From an uncultured Candidatus Berkelbacteria bacterium (lineage in GTDB: Bacteria > Patescibacteriota > UBA1384 > UBA12157): DNA of 64,000 bases. Position numbers and translations under genes: made by a program. Positions within the stretch are counted from its first letter, which is position 1. Each line of letters begins with the position of its first letter. Shown here one piece after another: positions 48,998 through 59,140 of this stretch. The notes below the pieces were generated by a model that saw only the letters and a list, made by a program, of their open reading frames with translations, had not been told where the DNA came from and did not search any database. Location: assembly GCA_903877885.1 (NCBI GenBank), contig CAIRFN010000007.1:111-64110 (forward strand). The letters are read 5' to 3'.

Positions 48998-49184
48998 TGA
49001 ATTTTATATTTAAATACTTATAACAAATCTTTGAAATGGTCATTTATATTGAAGATGAAGAAATATTACTTTGGCGAGAGCTACCATCCGTATGAATAAT
49101 TATTTTTTCCATAAACTAATCATACGGATTTTAGAGAACTTTTTCAAGATTAAATTAGTGTTATTTTCATACTAATTCTAATTT

Positions 49185-51122
49185 TTACTGATACACTACA
49201 CCCAAATTACCATTACTGTATTTATTAATCTTAAAATTGCCATTTGTAGCTAGCCAATAGATAGGTTGATCATTAAAACTTATCCCGAAATCATAATATT
49301 GAAAGAAATAACTAAAAGAACTGGAAGTAAGATTAAAAATCTTAAATATATCCTGATCTTGACTAGTCCATGAATAAGAAGCAGTTACTGCTTTCGGTGT
49401 AAAATTATTCCACGGTACAACTCCGAGATTATCATTCAAGCCAATACTCATATTAGATGTCCGATAACCACCATTTAATCCAGTACCAGACCGAAGTGCA
49501 TCTGTGACATCACCTTTAACCGCGATCCAATACATACCGCAAGGATTAGCAACAGGTACCGTAACATCATAAGTATAAGTAACCCATCCACCATTATAAG
49601 GATCATAATTAAAATAAGTTTCTTCAGCGGTTTCGCCAGTCTTTTTCTGATAAGAACAATCTGTAGCCACTGAATCATCCCCGGCATATTGGAAACCATC
49701 TTTAGTCACATTGAAAACTTTGGACATTTGATCATTTCCTTGTCCAGCGTAATTTCTAGATATTACCACAGTAGGCGCCGAGTCAAAAAACCCGGCTGGA
49801 AAATTGACTTGGTTAATATTATCATCAATCGGACTATTAGCATGAAAACCACCAGTAATAACATTTTGAATTTGACCTTTTAGGATAATATAGTAAGCAC
49901 CACAGGTATTTGCAGGTTTACTACTTGAATCAGTACAGCCACTACCACCGGCACCATTAATTCCAAAGCTATTCGAAAAAAGATGATTAATATTTGCCAT
50001 GATACTACTTCGCGCCCAAGAGTTCACAGAGATTGTTATTGCTGACGGTTGAGCATTGCCGGTAAAAGGTTGAAATAATGTATTCCAAGCACCCGTAATC
50101 TGGTCATCATAACTTGCTAAATTAGGGTTAACAAACCCTGACCGGATTTCGGCTGTTTCGATAATTACAGGATTAGCTATCACTGCCACGCTGACCGAAG
50201 CGCTTGCCGGTGTCGTGCCTTCGGCGCCATAACAAGTAATTGAATAAGCCGTGGTAGTTGTGGGCGAAATTGCTTGAGTACCGTTTAGGCCAGAAACAAC
50301 AAAATTAACAGCTGAACAAATATTAGTATTGGTCGATGTCCAGGTTAAAGTGCTGGAACTGCCAGAAGTAATCGTAGTTGGATTAGCAACTAAAGTAACT
50401 GTTGGCGGCACTAATGGCGGTGGGATATTATTTACAGTAACATCGGCCGTTGCATCGACTAAAGCACCAGCGCTATTATAACAAGTCAGATGATAAGTCG
50501 TAGTAGGAGCAGTTGAAGGGGAAATTGGTGCAGAGCCGTTTATTGAATTGGAAGTATTAAAATCTGCGCTAGTACAATGATCAGTATTTATTGATGTCCA
50601 AATTAAAGTCGATGGCGCTCCCAAAGTAACAACACTGGGACTAGCATAGAATGATGTAATTAGTGGCGCTGGCGGCGCCACAGGTGGAGTTACTGTAATT
50701 TTTACGCTAGTATTAGCTGGGGTTGTACCATCAGCACCAATACAATTAATATAATATGTTGTATCTACAGTTGGACTCACTGGTTGTGTGCCATAAATAT
50801 TATTTGGATGAAAATCCGAATTACTACTTGTACAACTAGTAGCATTTTTGGGACTCCAAGTTAAAGTACTAGAACTACCAGAATTAATCGATGTCAGGCT
50901 AGTCGTCAAAGTCACTGTTGGATTTTGAACAATAGTTGGATTTGGTAACAACAAATCAAAATTACTATCAACTTGTTGGCCATTTTCATCCCAAAAAACA
51001 TCAACACCAATGTGGCGACCGGGATTAGTTGCGGCAAAAACTTTGGTACCAAAAGTTAGAACTAGAATAAAAATCAGTCCGGCAAATAACAAGGCTTGAA
51101 AATTGAATTTGTGTTTTGTCAT
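49185..51122 (-). CDS. Secreted Ig-like-repeat adhesin with C-terminal lectin-like repeats
   Basis: Signal peptide; three ..STLTW.S.N...C...Y.I.C repeats; V.FPAG.F...P...S.N...GF.Y...WIA repeats. Confidence 0.75.
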   Translation of the reverse strand: MTKHKFNFQALLFAGLIFILVLTFGTKVFAATNPGRHIGVDVFWDENGQQVDSNFDLLLPNPTIVQNPTVTLTTSLTSINSGSSSTLTWSPKNATSCTSSNSDFHPNNIYGTQPVSPTVDTTYYINCIGADGTTPANTSVKITVTPPVAPPAPLITSFYASPSVVTLGAPSTLIWTSINTDHCTSADFNTSNSINGSAPISPSTAPTTTYHLTCYNSAGALVDATADVTVNNIPPPLVPPTVTLVANPTTITSGSSSTLTWTSTNTNICSAVNFVVSGLNGTQAISPTTTTAYSITCYGAEGTTPASASVSVAVIANPVIIETAEIRSGFVNPNLASYDDQITGAWNTLFQPFTGNAQPSAITISVNSWARSSIMANINHLFSNSFGINGAGGSGCTDSSSKPANTCGAYYIILKGQIQNVITGGFHANSPIDDNINQVNFPAGFFDSAPTVVISRNYAGQGNDQMSKVFNVTKDGFQYAGDDSVATDCSYQKKTGETAEETYFNYDPYNGGWVTYTYDVTVPVANPCGMYWIAVKGDVTDALRSGTGLNGGYRTSNMSIGLNDNLGVVPWNNFTPKAVTASYSWTSQDQDIFKIFNLTSSSFSYFFQYYDFGISFNDQPIYWLATNGNFKINKYSNGNLGVVYQ

Positions 51123-51134
51123 ATTTTGCAAAAC

Positions 51135-51175
51135 CTAGATTCCGGATCTAGGTTGCCAACCTGTCCGGAATGACA
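51135..51175 (-). repeat. TGTCAT-tagged palindromic repeat, subtype A
   Basis: CTAGATTCCGGATCTAGGTTGCCAACCTGTCCGGAATGACA. Confidence 0.95.
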
Positions 51176-51186
51176 AAAAGGAAATT

Positions 51187-52917
51187 CTAATAATTATAGG
51201 TCACGTGGATGGTGGCGCCAGATGGTGGCACAAAGGAACCAACGAAAACAATCGCTTGTTTAAGTTCATTATAAGTCCAACCATTATCACCTTGAGCAAT
51301 AACCGTGCCATTGACCGTAACCTTGATCGTCGAAACGATTGGTTTATTCTTTAGTGTAAAACTACTCGCTAAATCAGCAATATTATTACTGATTAAATCC
51401 ATAATTTTTTGATAGTTAGCTATAGTGCCAGTGGAATTAAAAATGCTAGCAATAAGCCCGCCTGTCTCTGTGGCCGCTTGCTGATATCGATCGCTTCCGA
51501 GAGTATCACTAGTTGTACCACAATTTGGATTTACCGAATCATTAATATTTGAGGGCCTGGTTGTTCTAGATGTATCTACAACTACATCAATCACAACTTT
51601 CTTGGGATTAGCTTTTAACGCTCGAAGTCGATTAATATACGACATCGTACTGCCACAAGATTGATCATTTTCGTCAGACACAATAATCGCAATTAACCAA
51701 GCGTCAGACCTAAGAAAACCATAATTTTTATTAATGGTGGTTCCCCATTTTTGAGGCGCACTGACACTGCCATTTTCAGCAGCTTTGGCTGCCGCTACCA
51801 AACCCTGTTCGACACTTTGACTAATTCCGACCAAAACATTGCTTTTGAAATAATTAATAATATTTGACACTGTCAAATAATTAGGATCTAGAATCGGGTA
51901 AGCGCCAACAAAAAGACCATCGGTGTTTGCTTCAGCACCACCATTTTTAACTGTTGTGATTCCAATTTTATAATCAATTTTATTATTCGGATCGGTCAAA
52001 TTATTAATAAAAGCGGCGGCATTATCTTTTAAAGCATCTTGATCATCGTACATTGAACCAGAATTATCCACCACCCAAATAATATCGGCTTTGTTATTCG
52101 CAGAATTTTGAGTAAAAACTTCATCAGCCGAGTTTGGAAGCGGAGCTGGCGGAGTCGGTGGAGTCGGCGGAGTCGGCGGCGAAGGTGGCGCCGGGTTAAC
52201 CGTAATTATGGCTTCAGCGCTATTTGAAATATCATCATTATTTTTACAGGTTAAGTTATAATTGAAATTTGTAGTAGTGGCTGCTGTTGGTGAAACATCT
52301 TGATTGCCACTAGAAATAGAAGTTGATGTAAAACCAGACCCAGTTCTTGTACAACTTTTAACATCTGGTGATAAAATCCAGGTTAATTTACTTGAATTAC
52401 CAGAAATGATAGTTGTTGGATTGGCAGCCAAAGTCACTTTTGGTTCAACTGTAACGGTTATACTTTGACTAGTATGCGGATTAGTAGCTGTCGGATCGCC
52501 ATCACAATCAATCTTATAAGTTGTCTTGGCTGTTGGATTATCTGATTTATTACCGGATTCACTATTTGTTGCGGTTGAAATTGCAAAGCTACCCAAGTGA
52601 GATGAACTACAACTTTTAACATGTTTCACTGTCCAATTTAATGTTACTGAATCGCCATAGGTAATACTTGTCTGACTAGCAGTTAAAGTAATACTTGGAT
52701 CTGGAGCTGGTGGCGGATTCAAAACTGCAAAAGTGCCAGTGACAGTTTGGCTTTGATCATCCCAAGAAACTAGAACTTGAGCCCGGCGAACCAGATTCAA
52801 AGAACTAGCTTGGAAAAAACCTTCGTTTAAAAAAACGCCAACCATAATCGCTAAAACCACTGCCACCGCGGCAGTATAAAATAGAAATTTTTTGTTTTTG
52901 ATTAGTTTTTTAAACAT
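51187..52917 (-). CDS. Exported Ig-like-repeat + VWA (MIDAS) domain adhesin
   Basis: DIIWVVDNSGSM (DxSxS), IIVSDEND; Pro linker; N-terminal hydrophobic segment. Confidence 0.82.
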   Translation of the reverse strand: MFKKLIKNKKFLFYTAAVAVVLAIMVGVFLNEGFFQASSLNLVRRAQVLVSWDDQSQTVTGTFAVLNPPPAPDPSITLTASQTSITYGDSVTLNWTVKHVKSCSSSHLGSFAISTATNSESGNKSDNPTAKTTYKIDCDGDPTATNPHTSQSITVTVEPKVTLAANPTTIISGNSSKLTWILSPDVKSCTRTGSGFTSTSISSGNQDVSPTAATTTNFNYNLTCKNNDDISNSAEAIITVNPAPPSPPTPPTPPTPPAPLPNSADEVFTQNSANNKADIIWVVDNSGSMYDDQDALKDNAAAFINNLTDPNNKIDYKIGITTVKNGGAEANTDGLFVGAYPILDPNYLTVSNIINYFKSNVLVGISQSVEQGLVAAAKAAENGSVSAPQKWGTTINKNYGFLRSDAWLIAIIVSDENDQSCGSTMSYINRLRALKANPKKVVIDVVVDTSRTTRPSNINDSVNPNCGTTSDTLGSDRYQQAATETGGLIASIFNSTGTIANYQKIMDLISNNIADLASSFTLKNKPIVSTIKVTVNGTVIAQGDNGWTYNELKQAIVFVGSFVPPSGATIHVTYNY

Positions 52918-52948
52918 ATTTTTTTACTCCTCGAACATTTTATGAAAT

Positions 52949-52988
52949 CTGGATTCCAGATCCTGATGCCATCCGGTCTGGAATGACA
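52949..52988 (-). repeat. TGTCAT-tagged palindromic repeat, subtype A
   Basis: CTGGATTCCAGATCCTGATGCCATCCGGTCTGGAATGACA (co-varying version of 1426-1465). Confidence 0.95.
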
Positions 52989-52995
52989 AGACAGA

Positions 52996-54789
52996 TTACT
53001 GATATGTTGTGCCAAGGCTACCATTTGAATATTTATTAATTTTAAAATTACCATTGGCGCCCACCCAGAAAAATGGTCTCGTGGTCGATGAACCAAAACA
53101 ATAAACTCTTGGGGAAAATTGAAAACTATTCTGGACAATATTAAAAATACTATAAATATCTTGTTGGCCATCAATATAACCCGTGCTGCCAAAAGCAGCG
53201 ACAATCGCTTTAAGATTCGTGGCCGAGCTGATATTTGTTGTGCCTGTAGCATTGTCACCATATGGACTAGCGCCGCAATCTTCTCCTGTACCGGAACGAA
53301 TAGCATCAGTAACATTTCCTTTAATTGCAATCCAATGAACACCACACCAGTTGGCGGCTGAATTGCCATTCAAATCTAAACTGGAAGTATCATCACAGTC
53401 AGTCGTATAATAACAAGGATTATTAACACCATCTTCAACGCATTCAAGATGCGAAGCTACTCCGGCAGTTTGAATATATGTCAAATCGCCAGTATATTGA
53501 AAACCATCTTTAGTAATATTCATCACCATTGGCATTTGCTCACTTTGTTCAAACCAGTTTCTCGAAAGAATAACTGCGGTCGGCGCAGTTGTGAAAGAAC
53601 CGGCTGGAAAATTAACTTGATTAATAGTTTTATTCGGGTCAGAACTAATATTGTAATTTGCATGAAAACCGCCAGTAATTACATCTTTGACTTGACCAGT
53701 TAGGCCGATGTAATAAACACCGCATCGATTCGTGGTTGTAGTTACACCTCTGGCGGTTCTAACGATATCTGGGTAACCAGTGGATGAATCTTTACAGCCA
53801 TCGATTTGAGTTGTGCCATCGCCAGAATAGCTAAAAGAGTTTGATGTCAGACTGTGCGCTTTTGGCATTTGATCGTTGCCACCCCAAAAGTTACGAGCAA
53901 TAACTAAAGCTGACGGATTTCCAAGCGTAAATGGTTTAAAAGTAGCTTTAAAATTGTCTGTGCCGGTATTGGCAATAAACCCAGAACGGATTTCGGCCGT
54001 GCCCTCGATGGTTGGCGTCGGAGTAGGAGGAGAAGCAACAGTAATGCTAACTTGTTTGTAAGCTGATACTGTTTTTGTAGCATCATAACATCTGATTTTA
54101 TAAACCGTATCTGTCGTTGGATGAACAATCGCACTACCATTCAAGCCTGGATTATAACCCGTACCTTGATCGTCACAACTAGTTGCGTTAGTTGAAGTCC
54201 AAACCAAAGTTGCTGTTTCGCCAGAGTTGATAGTCGCACTCGACAGACCATTAACAGTTAAAGTTGTGTCAAGTATTGAAACGGTTACACTAGTAGTAGC
54301 TGGTGGTGTACCCGTCGCACCGACACAATTTATATTATAAGTTGTAGTAGTTGCAATTGGATGAACTATTGCCGAACCACTGGTGCTTATTGGATTTATA
54401 TAATTAGGATCAGTATTAATGGTTGTACAACTGTTAGCATGTGTCGATGACCAAGTCAGAATCGCAGACCCTTGAGAATTGATAATTGCGCTCGACGAAC
54501 CATTTACTGTTAAAGTAACTATCGGAGCCAAAACTACTGGTAAAGGATTATCCGGTGTAGTATCCGAAGGCGGTTCTGCCGGAGGATTAACAATAATATT
54601 CTGGTTTGGTAATAACAGATCGAAATTACTATCGACTGTGATGCCATTTTCGTCCCAAAAAACATCGACACCGATATGGCGGCCAGGATTAGTTGCGGCA
54701 AAAACTTTGGTACCAAAAGTTAGGACTAATACGAAAATAATTAGTGAAAATAACAAGGATTGAGAATTGAATTGTCTTAATTTCTTCAT
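52996..54789 (-). CDS. Secreted Ig-like-repeat adhesin, paralog of 49185-51122
   Basis: Shared VLTFGTKVFAATNPGRHIGVDVFWDENG N-terminus and NGNFKINKYSNG.LG..YQ C-terminus. Confidence 0.75.
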   Translation of the reverse strand: MKKLRQFNSQSLLFSLIIFVLVLTFGTKVFAATNPGRHIGVDVFWDENGITVDSNFDLLLPNQNIIVNPPAEPPSDTTPDNPLPVVLAPIVTLTVNGSSSAIINSQGSAILTWSSTHANSCTTINTDPNYINPISTSGSAIVHPIATTTTYNINCVGATGTPPATTSVTVSILDTTLTVNGLSSATINSGETATLVWTSTNATSCDDQGTGYNPGLNGSAIVHPTTDTVYKIRCYDATKTVSAYKQVSITVASPPTPTPTIEGTAEIRSGFIANTGTDNFKATFKPFTLGNPSALVIARNFWGGNDQMPKAHSLTSNSFSYSGDGTTQIDGCKDSSTGYPDIVRTARGVTTTTNRCGVYYIGLTGQVKDVITGGFHANYNISSDPNKTINQVNFPAGSFTTAPTAVILSRNWFEQSEQMPMVMNITKDGFQYTGDLTYIQTAGVASHLECVEDGVNNPCYYTTDCDDTSSLDLNGNSAANWCGVHWIAIKGNVTDAIRSGTGEDCGASPYGDNATGTTNISSATNLKAIVAAFGSTGYIDGQQDIYSIFNIVQNSFQFSPRVYCFGSSTTRPFFWVGANGNFKINKYSNGSLGTTYQ

Positions 54790-54807
54790 TATTCTTTCCT
54801 TTGTATG

Positions 54808-55224
54808 TTAATCTGCAATTTTAATAGTTCGTCTAAAATCTTTTTTGTCGATAGTTATAACATCTTCATTAGGCATATTTGCACAAACTTTTTGATCAGT
54901 GGACCAATTACCAGCATCATCTTTACAGCGATATAATGATTGATCTGCTATATGAATATAATAAATTCCGGCAGCGCAAGTATCTAAATTTGGACAATTA
55001 CCAGTAGTAATATCTGGAGCTCCGACGGTTCTTTGCTGGTCAGCCATAGATTTAACAATGTTCATCCCCTCTTGAGCAATGCCATTGGCTTGAACTTTGT
55101 ATTTGTCTTGTGCGCCAAATTTAATATTGCCGGTTTCCACGGCAACAAAGGCAATAATTACGATGATAAAAATCACCATAGCGATTAGGACTTCGATTAG
55201 GGTGAACGCTCGTTTAGTTTTCAT
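54808..55224 (-). CDS. Type IV minor pilin, PilV/GspI-like
   Basis: A|FTLIE prepilin motif; A..IAQEGM..V; ends at FRRTIKIAD. Confidence 0.8.
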   Translation of the reverse strand: MKTKRAFTLIEVLIAMVIFIIVIIAFVAVETGNIKFGAQDKYKVQANGIAQEGMNIVKSMADQQRTVGAPDITTGNCPNLDTCAAGIYYIHIADQSLYRCKDDAGNWSTDQKVCANMPNEDVITIDKKDFRRTIKIAD

Positions 55225-55244
55225 TTGTACTCCTTTATTTATGA

Positions 55245-55339
55245 TGTCATTCCAGACAGATTGGCAATCTTGATCTGGAATCCAGGAAAATTGTTACTGG
55301 ATCCCCGATGTTGAATTACCATTCAACTCGAGGATGACA
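55245..55339. repeat. Inverted doublet of TGTCAT repeats (A 55245-55285, B 55297-55339)
   Basis: Same architecture as 20425-20518. Confidence 0.95.
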
Positions 55340-55353
55340 AGGAGAAATTATTA

Positions 55354-55899
55354 TTAAAAAGATTCGCTGGTTTGATAAATTCGGATCGTATCTTTATTAT
55401 GAATTCCATTTCCGATAGAATTACCAGAATTATCAGTAATTTTTGCTTTTAATGTAATTTTGCGACCGTTTTTATAACCGGTGCTTAAAATATTGTCGCA
55501 TACTCCACCAGAACATTTGACTTGGTAGATATATACGCCAGCAACCAAAACATCTGAATTACTATTTTTCCAATTTACTAAGTCTGATTGTGATTTTTTA
55601 ATGGTTTTATAACCATCAGTAGGATCATTATAATAAATATTTACTTCATTATCTGACGGAATAGAAGAAATCGACGCACCAGAAACTCCAGATTCAACAT
55701 TAGAAGCTTGTTGTAAATATGCAGTCCAGCCGTTATTAATACCGCTTCGCGCTAGGCTATAGGTTTCGGTAATGGTTTTTGATTGAGAAGTAAGTTTAAC
55801 ATCGGAAACAATCGCCAGAGAAATGGCGGTGATGACAATTAAAACAATGGCAGTAAAAAGTAAGACTAGAATTAAAGCAAAACCTTTTTTTTGACGCAT
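55354..55899 (-). CDS. Type IV minor pilin, PilX/GspK-like
   Basis: KKG|FALILVL without Glu5; Y.LARSGI. Confidence 0.8.
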   Translation of the reverse strand: MRQKKGFALILVLLFTAIVLIVITAISLAIVSDVKLTSQSKTITETYSLARSGINNGWTAYLQQASNVESGVSGASISSIPSDNEVNIYYNDPTDGYKTIKKSQSDLVNWKNSNSDVLVAGVYIYQVKCSGGVCDNILSTGYKNGRKITLKAKITDNSGNSIGNGIHNKDTIRIYQTSESF

Positions 55900-55927
55900 T
55901 TTTTCCTTTAGAATATTATGGACCAGC

Positions 55928-56554
55928 TTACGGCGCCGCAGTATATTCCGGATTTGGAATTGAAACCATATTTCTGGTATTTTCCCCATCCATAGTGAAA
56001 GTGGTAGCCAAATTAACTTCATCATTAATATCATTAGCGCTAACAGCCGTAATTTTAACTGCTAATTTAGGGATAAATTTAGTATTAGATGGATCTGTCA
56101 TTGGTTTATAACCAGTTAAATCAAAAGTTTTGATATGAACTTTTTCAGGGGTTAAACTACTACCAACTGATGATAAATCTGTTGAATGTAACAAATCTCC
56201 AGAACAATTATTTTGAGCTGTTTTTAATGAATTGTCAGCTAGACCGAAATAAGTACAGACTGTACTTCCGGTCTCGCCTTTTGAAACAATTACAACCATT
56301 TGATTTGGACTAGAATCATAGGCTTTAAATCCATAGACGGAAGTACCACCGATTGTCGCTTCGTCATTCGCATTATTCATTCTAACGGCCATTTCGTCTA
56401 AAGCGCGGCGAATGGAATCATTCAAAATTTTAATTTGCGCGGAGCGAAGTCGGCCGGCAGTAAAATTGGCTAATCCAGAAACCATAACTACAACCATAGC
56501 CAAAATACCCAGCGTGACCAACATTTCTACTAATGTGAAAGCTTTTTTCTTCAT
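55928..56554 (-). CDS. Type IV minor pilin, PilW/GspJ-like
   Basis: A|FTLVEMLV; R.ALDEM...M.NA. Confidence 0.8.
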   Translation of the reverse strand: MKKKAFTLVEMLVTLGILAMVVVMVSGLANFTAGRLRSAQIKILNDSIRRALDEMAVRMNNANDEATIGGTSVYGFKAYDSSPNQMVVIVSKGETGSTVCTYFGLADNSLKTAQNNCSGDLLHSTDLSSVGSSLTPEKVHIKTFDLTGYKPMTDPSNTKFIPKLAVKITAVSANDINDEVNLATTFTMDGENTRNMVSIPNPEYTAAP

Positions 56555-56558
56555 ATGT

Positions 56559-57119
56559 TTATAGAGTTTTAACATAAGTTACTAAACCAGTTAATTTATC
56601 GATTGTTATAGTAAAACTATTTTCAGGAATAGTGGTGTTATGGATCTTAAAAGATAGATTATTATCAAGCGACTTGCCATTTGATATATCTTCTAGCATA
56701 CCGATTGTTGGCGCATTGTCAGCAACGAAATCAAGACAATAATCAGGTGAGCAAGAGTTAACATCAAAAGTAAAATTTTCTAATTTTATGTCTCCAGTTA
56801 AATCCAAAAGTAATTTTTCACCAGTCTGATTTCCACTTTTGTCAATCTGATAACCCCAAATTTGTGGCGGACTTGAAACAATTCTTATTCTTTCCGCTTT
56901 CATTCCAGATGTAGCGTCAAAAGCCGGCAAAATAGCTAAATTGCGTGTTTCGGCAAAAACATTTTGAATCTGTGAAGCATAGCTTTCAACCATTTTATTT
57001 CGTCTGGCTGATTGATAAACCCCAACGCTAATAGTCATCATAATTGCCATGATCGCCATAACAATCATCGTTTCTACCAAAGTGAAAGCTTTTTTATTTT
57101 GATAAAGATTTTTTTTCAT
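56559..57119 (-). CDS. Type IV minor pilin, FimT/GspH-like
   Basis: A|FTLVET; terminal ITIDKLTGLV. Confidence 0.8.
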   Translation of the reverse strand: MKKNLYQNKKAFTLVETMIVMAIMAIMMTISVGVYQSARRNKMVESYASQIQNVFAETRNLAILPAFDATSGMKAERIRIVSSPPQIWGYQIDKSGNQTGEKLLLDLTGDIKLENFTFDVNSCSPDYCLDFVADNAPTIGMLEDISNGKSLDNNLSFKIHNTTIPENSFTITIDKLTGLVTYVKTL

Positions 57120-57120
57120 T

Positions 57121-57909
57121 TTAGCGAATAAGTAAATGTGTATACCAAGTTAAAATTTGATTCCCCCAAAAAATCGTAATAAACAGACCTAAAATTAGAA
57201 ATGGCGCAAACGGTAATTGATCTTTTAATTTGGATATTTTACAAATCATCAGGATAATTCCAACAACAGCGCCTAAAAAGAATGAGAAAAAGGAACTGAT
57301 TAAAACTAATGGCCAACCAATAATGGCGCCAAGCAGAGCGCCAAGTCCAATATCCCCCGCGCCCATCCATTTTTCCTTGGATATTAGAACCATCAAACCA
57401 AGGAAACCACCGAGAGCAAGAGCGCCATAGAATGAAGAAAGAAGCATGGAGTATGGAGCATGGAAAAAGAAAAATGATATTGCTAAATAAATTATCCACA
57501 GGCCGGCGGCGATGATAATTAACCAGTCGGAAATTTCTAGGTTCAACATATCGTAAACCAAGGCCACGATTAAGACACAAGAAATGGCCATCAAGAAATA
57601 TGTTTCAAGATTGGTTAAACCGAATTTCCAAAAAATTAAAGCAAAGATGATAGCAGTACCGGCTTCGACCAACGGATATTGCCACGAGATCGGTTTCTGG
57701 CATTTACTGCATTTGGCGCGAAGTAAAATAAAAGATAAAACCGGAATTAGTTCATACCAAACCAGGGTTTTCTGGCAATGCGGGCACTGCGACCGACCGA
57801 AGAAAATCGTGGTTAAATCATCGAATCGCAAAATAATCACGTTTAAAAACGAACCGATGATCAGTCCAGAAATGATAAAAATTAAGTAATCAAGAATAAT
57901 GTTGTTCAT
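57121..57909 (-). CDS. pilD: Prepilin peptidase
   Basis: GSFLNV, RSQCPHC, C..C..PIS.QYPLVE, MGAGD, LPFAPFL. Confidence 0.96.
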   Translation of the reverse strand: MNNIILDYLIFIISGLIIGSFLNVIILRFDDLTTIFFGRSQCPHCQKTLVWYELIPVLSFILLRAKCSKCQKPISWQYPLVEAGTAIIFALIFWKFGLTNLETYFLMAISCVLIVALVYDMLNLEISDWLIIIAAGLWIIYLAISFFFFHAPYSMLLSSFYGALALGGFLGLMVLISKEKWMGAGDIGLGALLGAIIGWPLVLISSFFSFFLGAVVGIILMICKISKLKDQLPFAPFLILGLFITIFWGNQILTWYTHLLIR

Positions 57910-57928
57910 ATGGTATTAAGTTTTTGCT

Positions 57929-58023
57929 TGTCATTCCAGACAGGTTGGCAACCTAGATCTGGAATCCAGGACAATTAATCTGGATTCTTGATGTCGGATT
58001 AACCATCCGGCTCGAGAATGACA
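57929..58023. repeat. Inverted doublet of TGTCAT repeats (A 57929-57969, B 57980-58023)
   Basis: A unit identical to 20425-20465 and 59141-59181. Confidence 0.95.
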
Positions 58024-58035
58024 ATTCGATTACGT

Positions 58036-58587
58036 TTACATATCTGCGCAAGTGAAGGTTTTGCCGTTAACTAAACCAGTATCTGGACATTGGCTATTTT
58101 GGAAAGTATTGGGGAAACTGGTACACAATCTAACTTTACCGGCATCATTGGCGCAAATCGTTGGTTGATCCGGGCTATTGGTTACATTTTTACTTGGCAA
58201 AAGCGCGGAAACAGTCCAATGAGTGGCGTCACTTTGAATTGTAACATAACCAGCAAAGTCTGATTGATTATTGTCAATATCACTGGCAAATTTAGCAATA
58301 TTAGTCGCGGTTTCCGGTGAAACTAAAGCTGGTTGCCAGCTAGCTGTTAGCTGACCGCAACTTGGCACGGTTGTCGGGTTGCATTTTCCAACCAGATAAG
58401 TCCCGAGTTGATTATTGACCTGAAAAATCGAAAGTTGTTGAGCTATACCTTTAATATCCGAACGCACCCGAATATCTTGAGAATTTCGTTTAACCGAATA
58501 ACCAGCTATAACTACACCATAAGCTAAACCGCCAACAATTAAAATAGTTAAAGCAATTTCTAAAAATTTAACACCTTTTTCATTCAT
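58036..58587 (-). CDS. Pilin-like protein
   Basis: KG|VKFLE + hydrophobic helix; QDIRVRSDI. Confidence 0.75.
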   Translation of the reverse strand: MNEKGVKFLEIALTILIVGGLAYGVVIAGYSVKRNSQDIRVRSDIKGIAQQLSIFQVNNQLGTYLVGKCNPTTVPSCGQLTASWQPALVSPETATNIAKFASDIDNNQSDFAGYVTIQSDATHWTVSALLPSKNVTNSPDQPTICANDAGKVRLCTSFPNTFQNSQCPDTGLVNGKTFTCADM

Positions 58588-58680
58588 ATTTTCCTTTTGA
58601 TATTATTCATCTATATCTTTTCTCAAGGGATCGCCCCACCTCCGCCGCTTGGCGGTTGAGGCGATTTGCTTGAAAACTAA

Positions 58681-59121
58681 TTATGAAGCAGGACAGACAG
58701 TCGCAGTCAAAGCAATCGGTGTAGAAGTAGAAGCTAAGGCTTTGCTTGTACCTGCACTATCGATACAATAATAACCTGTAGATGTTTTAGCCTCGATAAC
58801 ATAGGTTGTTGCATTCAACGCTTGATAATAATTTCCACCAGTTGGAACATTAGCTAGAATATCCGTAACAACTGTTTTATAATTACCAGTAAGATCGGCA
58901 ACAGCTGGACTTAACACTGTAGGATCAGCAGCAGTGATAGCAAAAGTATTAGCAGTATTATCTGATTCTAACTGGGTGCGAATTTGTGTTAGACCAGAGA
59001 TTACTCTTGTGTCTTTAGCTTTACTACGTGCTGAATTCAATGAAACTAGAACCATGGCGGCCAAGATACCAATAATGGCGATGACGACCAAAAGTTCAAT
59101 AAGTGTAAAAGCTTTTTTCAT
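58681..59121 (-). CDS. Major type IV pilin
   Basis: A|FTLIELLVVIAIIGILAAMVLVSLNSARSKAKD; YCIDS.G. Confidence 0.93.
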   Translation of the reverse strand: MKKAFTLIELLVVIAIIGILAAMVLVSLNSARSKAKDTRVISGLTQIRTQLESDNTANTFAITAADPTVLSPAVADLTGNYKTVVTDILANVPTGGNYYQALNATTYVIEAKTSTGYYCIDSAGTSKALASTSTPIALTATVCPAS

Positions 59122-59140
59122 TTTTCTCTCCTTTTATTAC

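Noticed and set aside
52142-52192. GGCGGAGTC-type tandem repeats
   Set aside because: They simply encode the PPTPPTPPTPP linker of the VWA adhesin.
49185-54789. Diversity-generating retroelement acting on adhesins
   Set aside because: No reverse transcriptase and no template/variable repeat pair with adenine-specific mismatches seen in the window.
55900-56034. Longer start for PilX-like gene
   Set aside because: Overlaps the upstream pilin, and the prepilin motif begins at MRQKKGF (55899).
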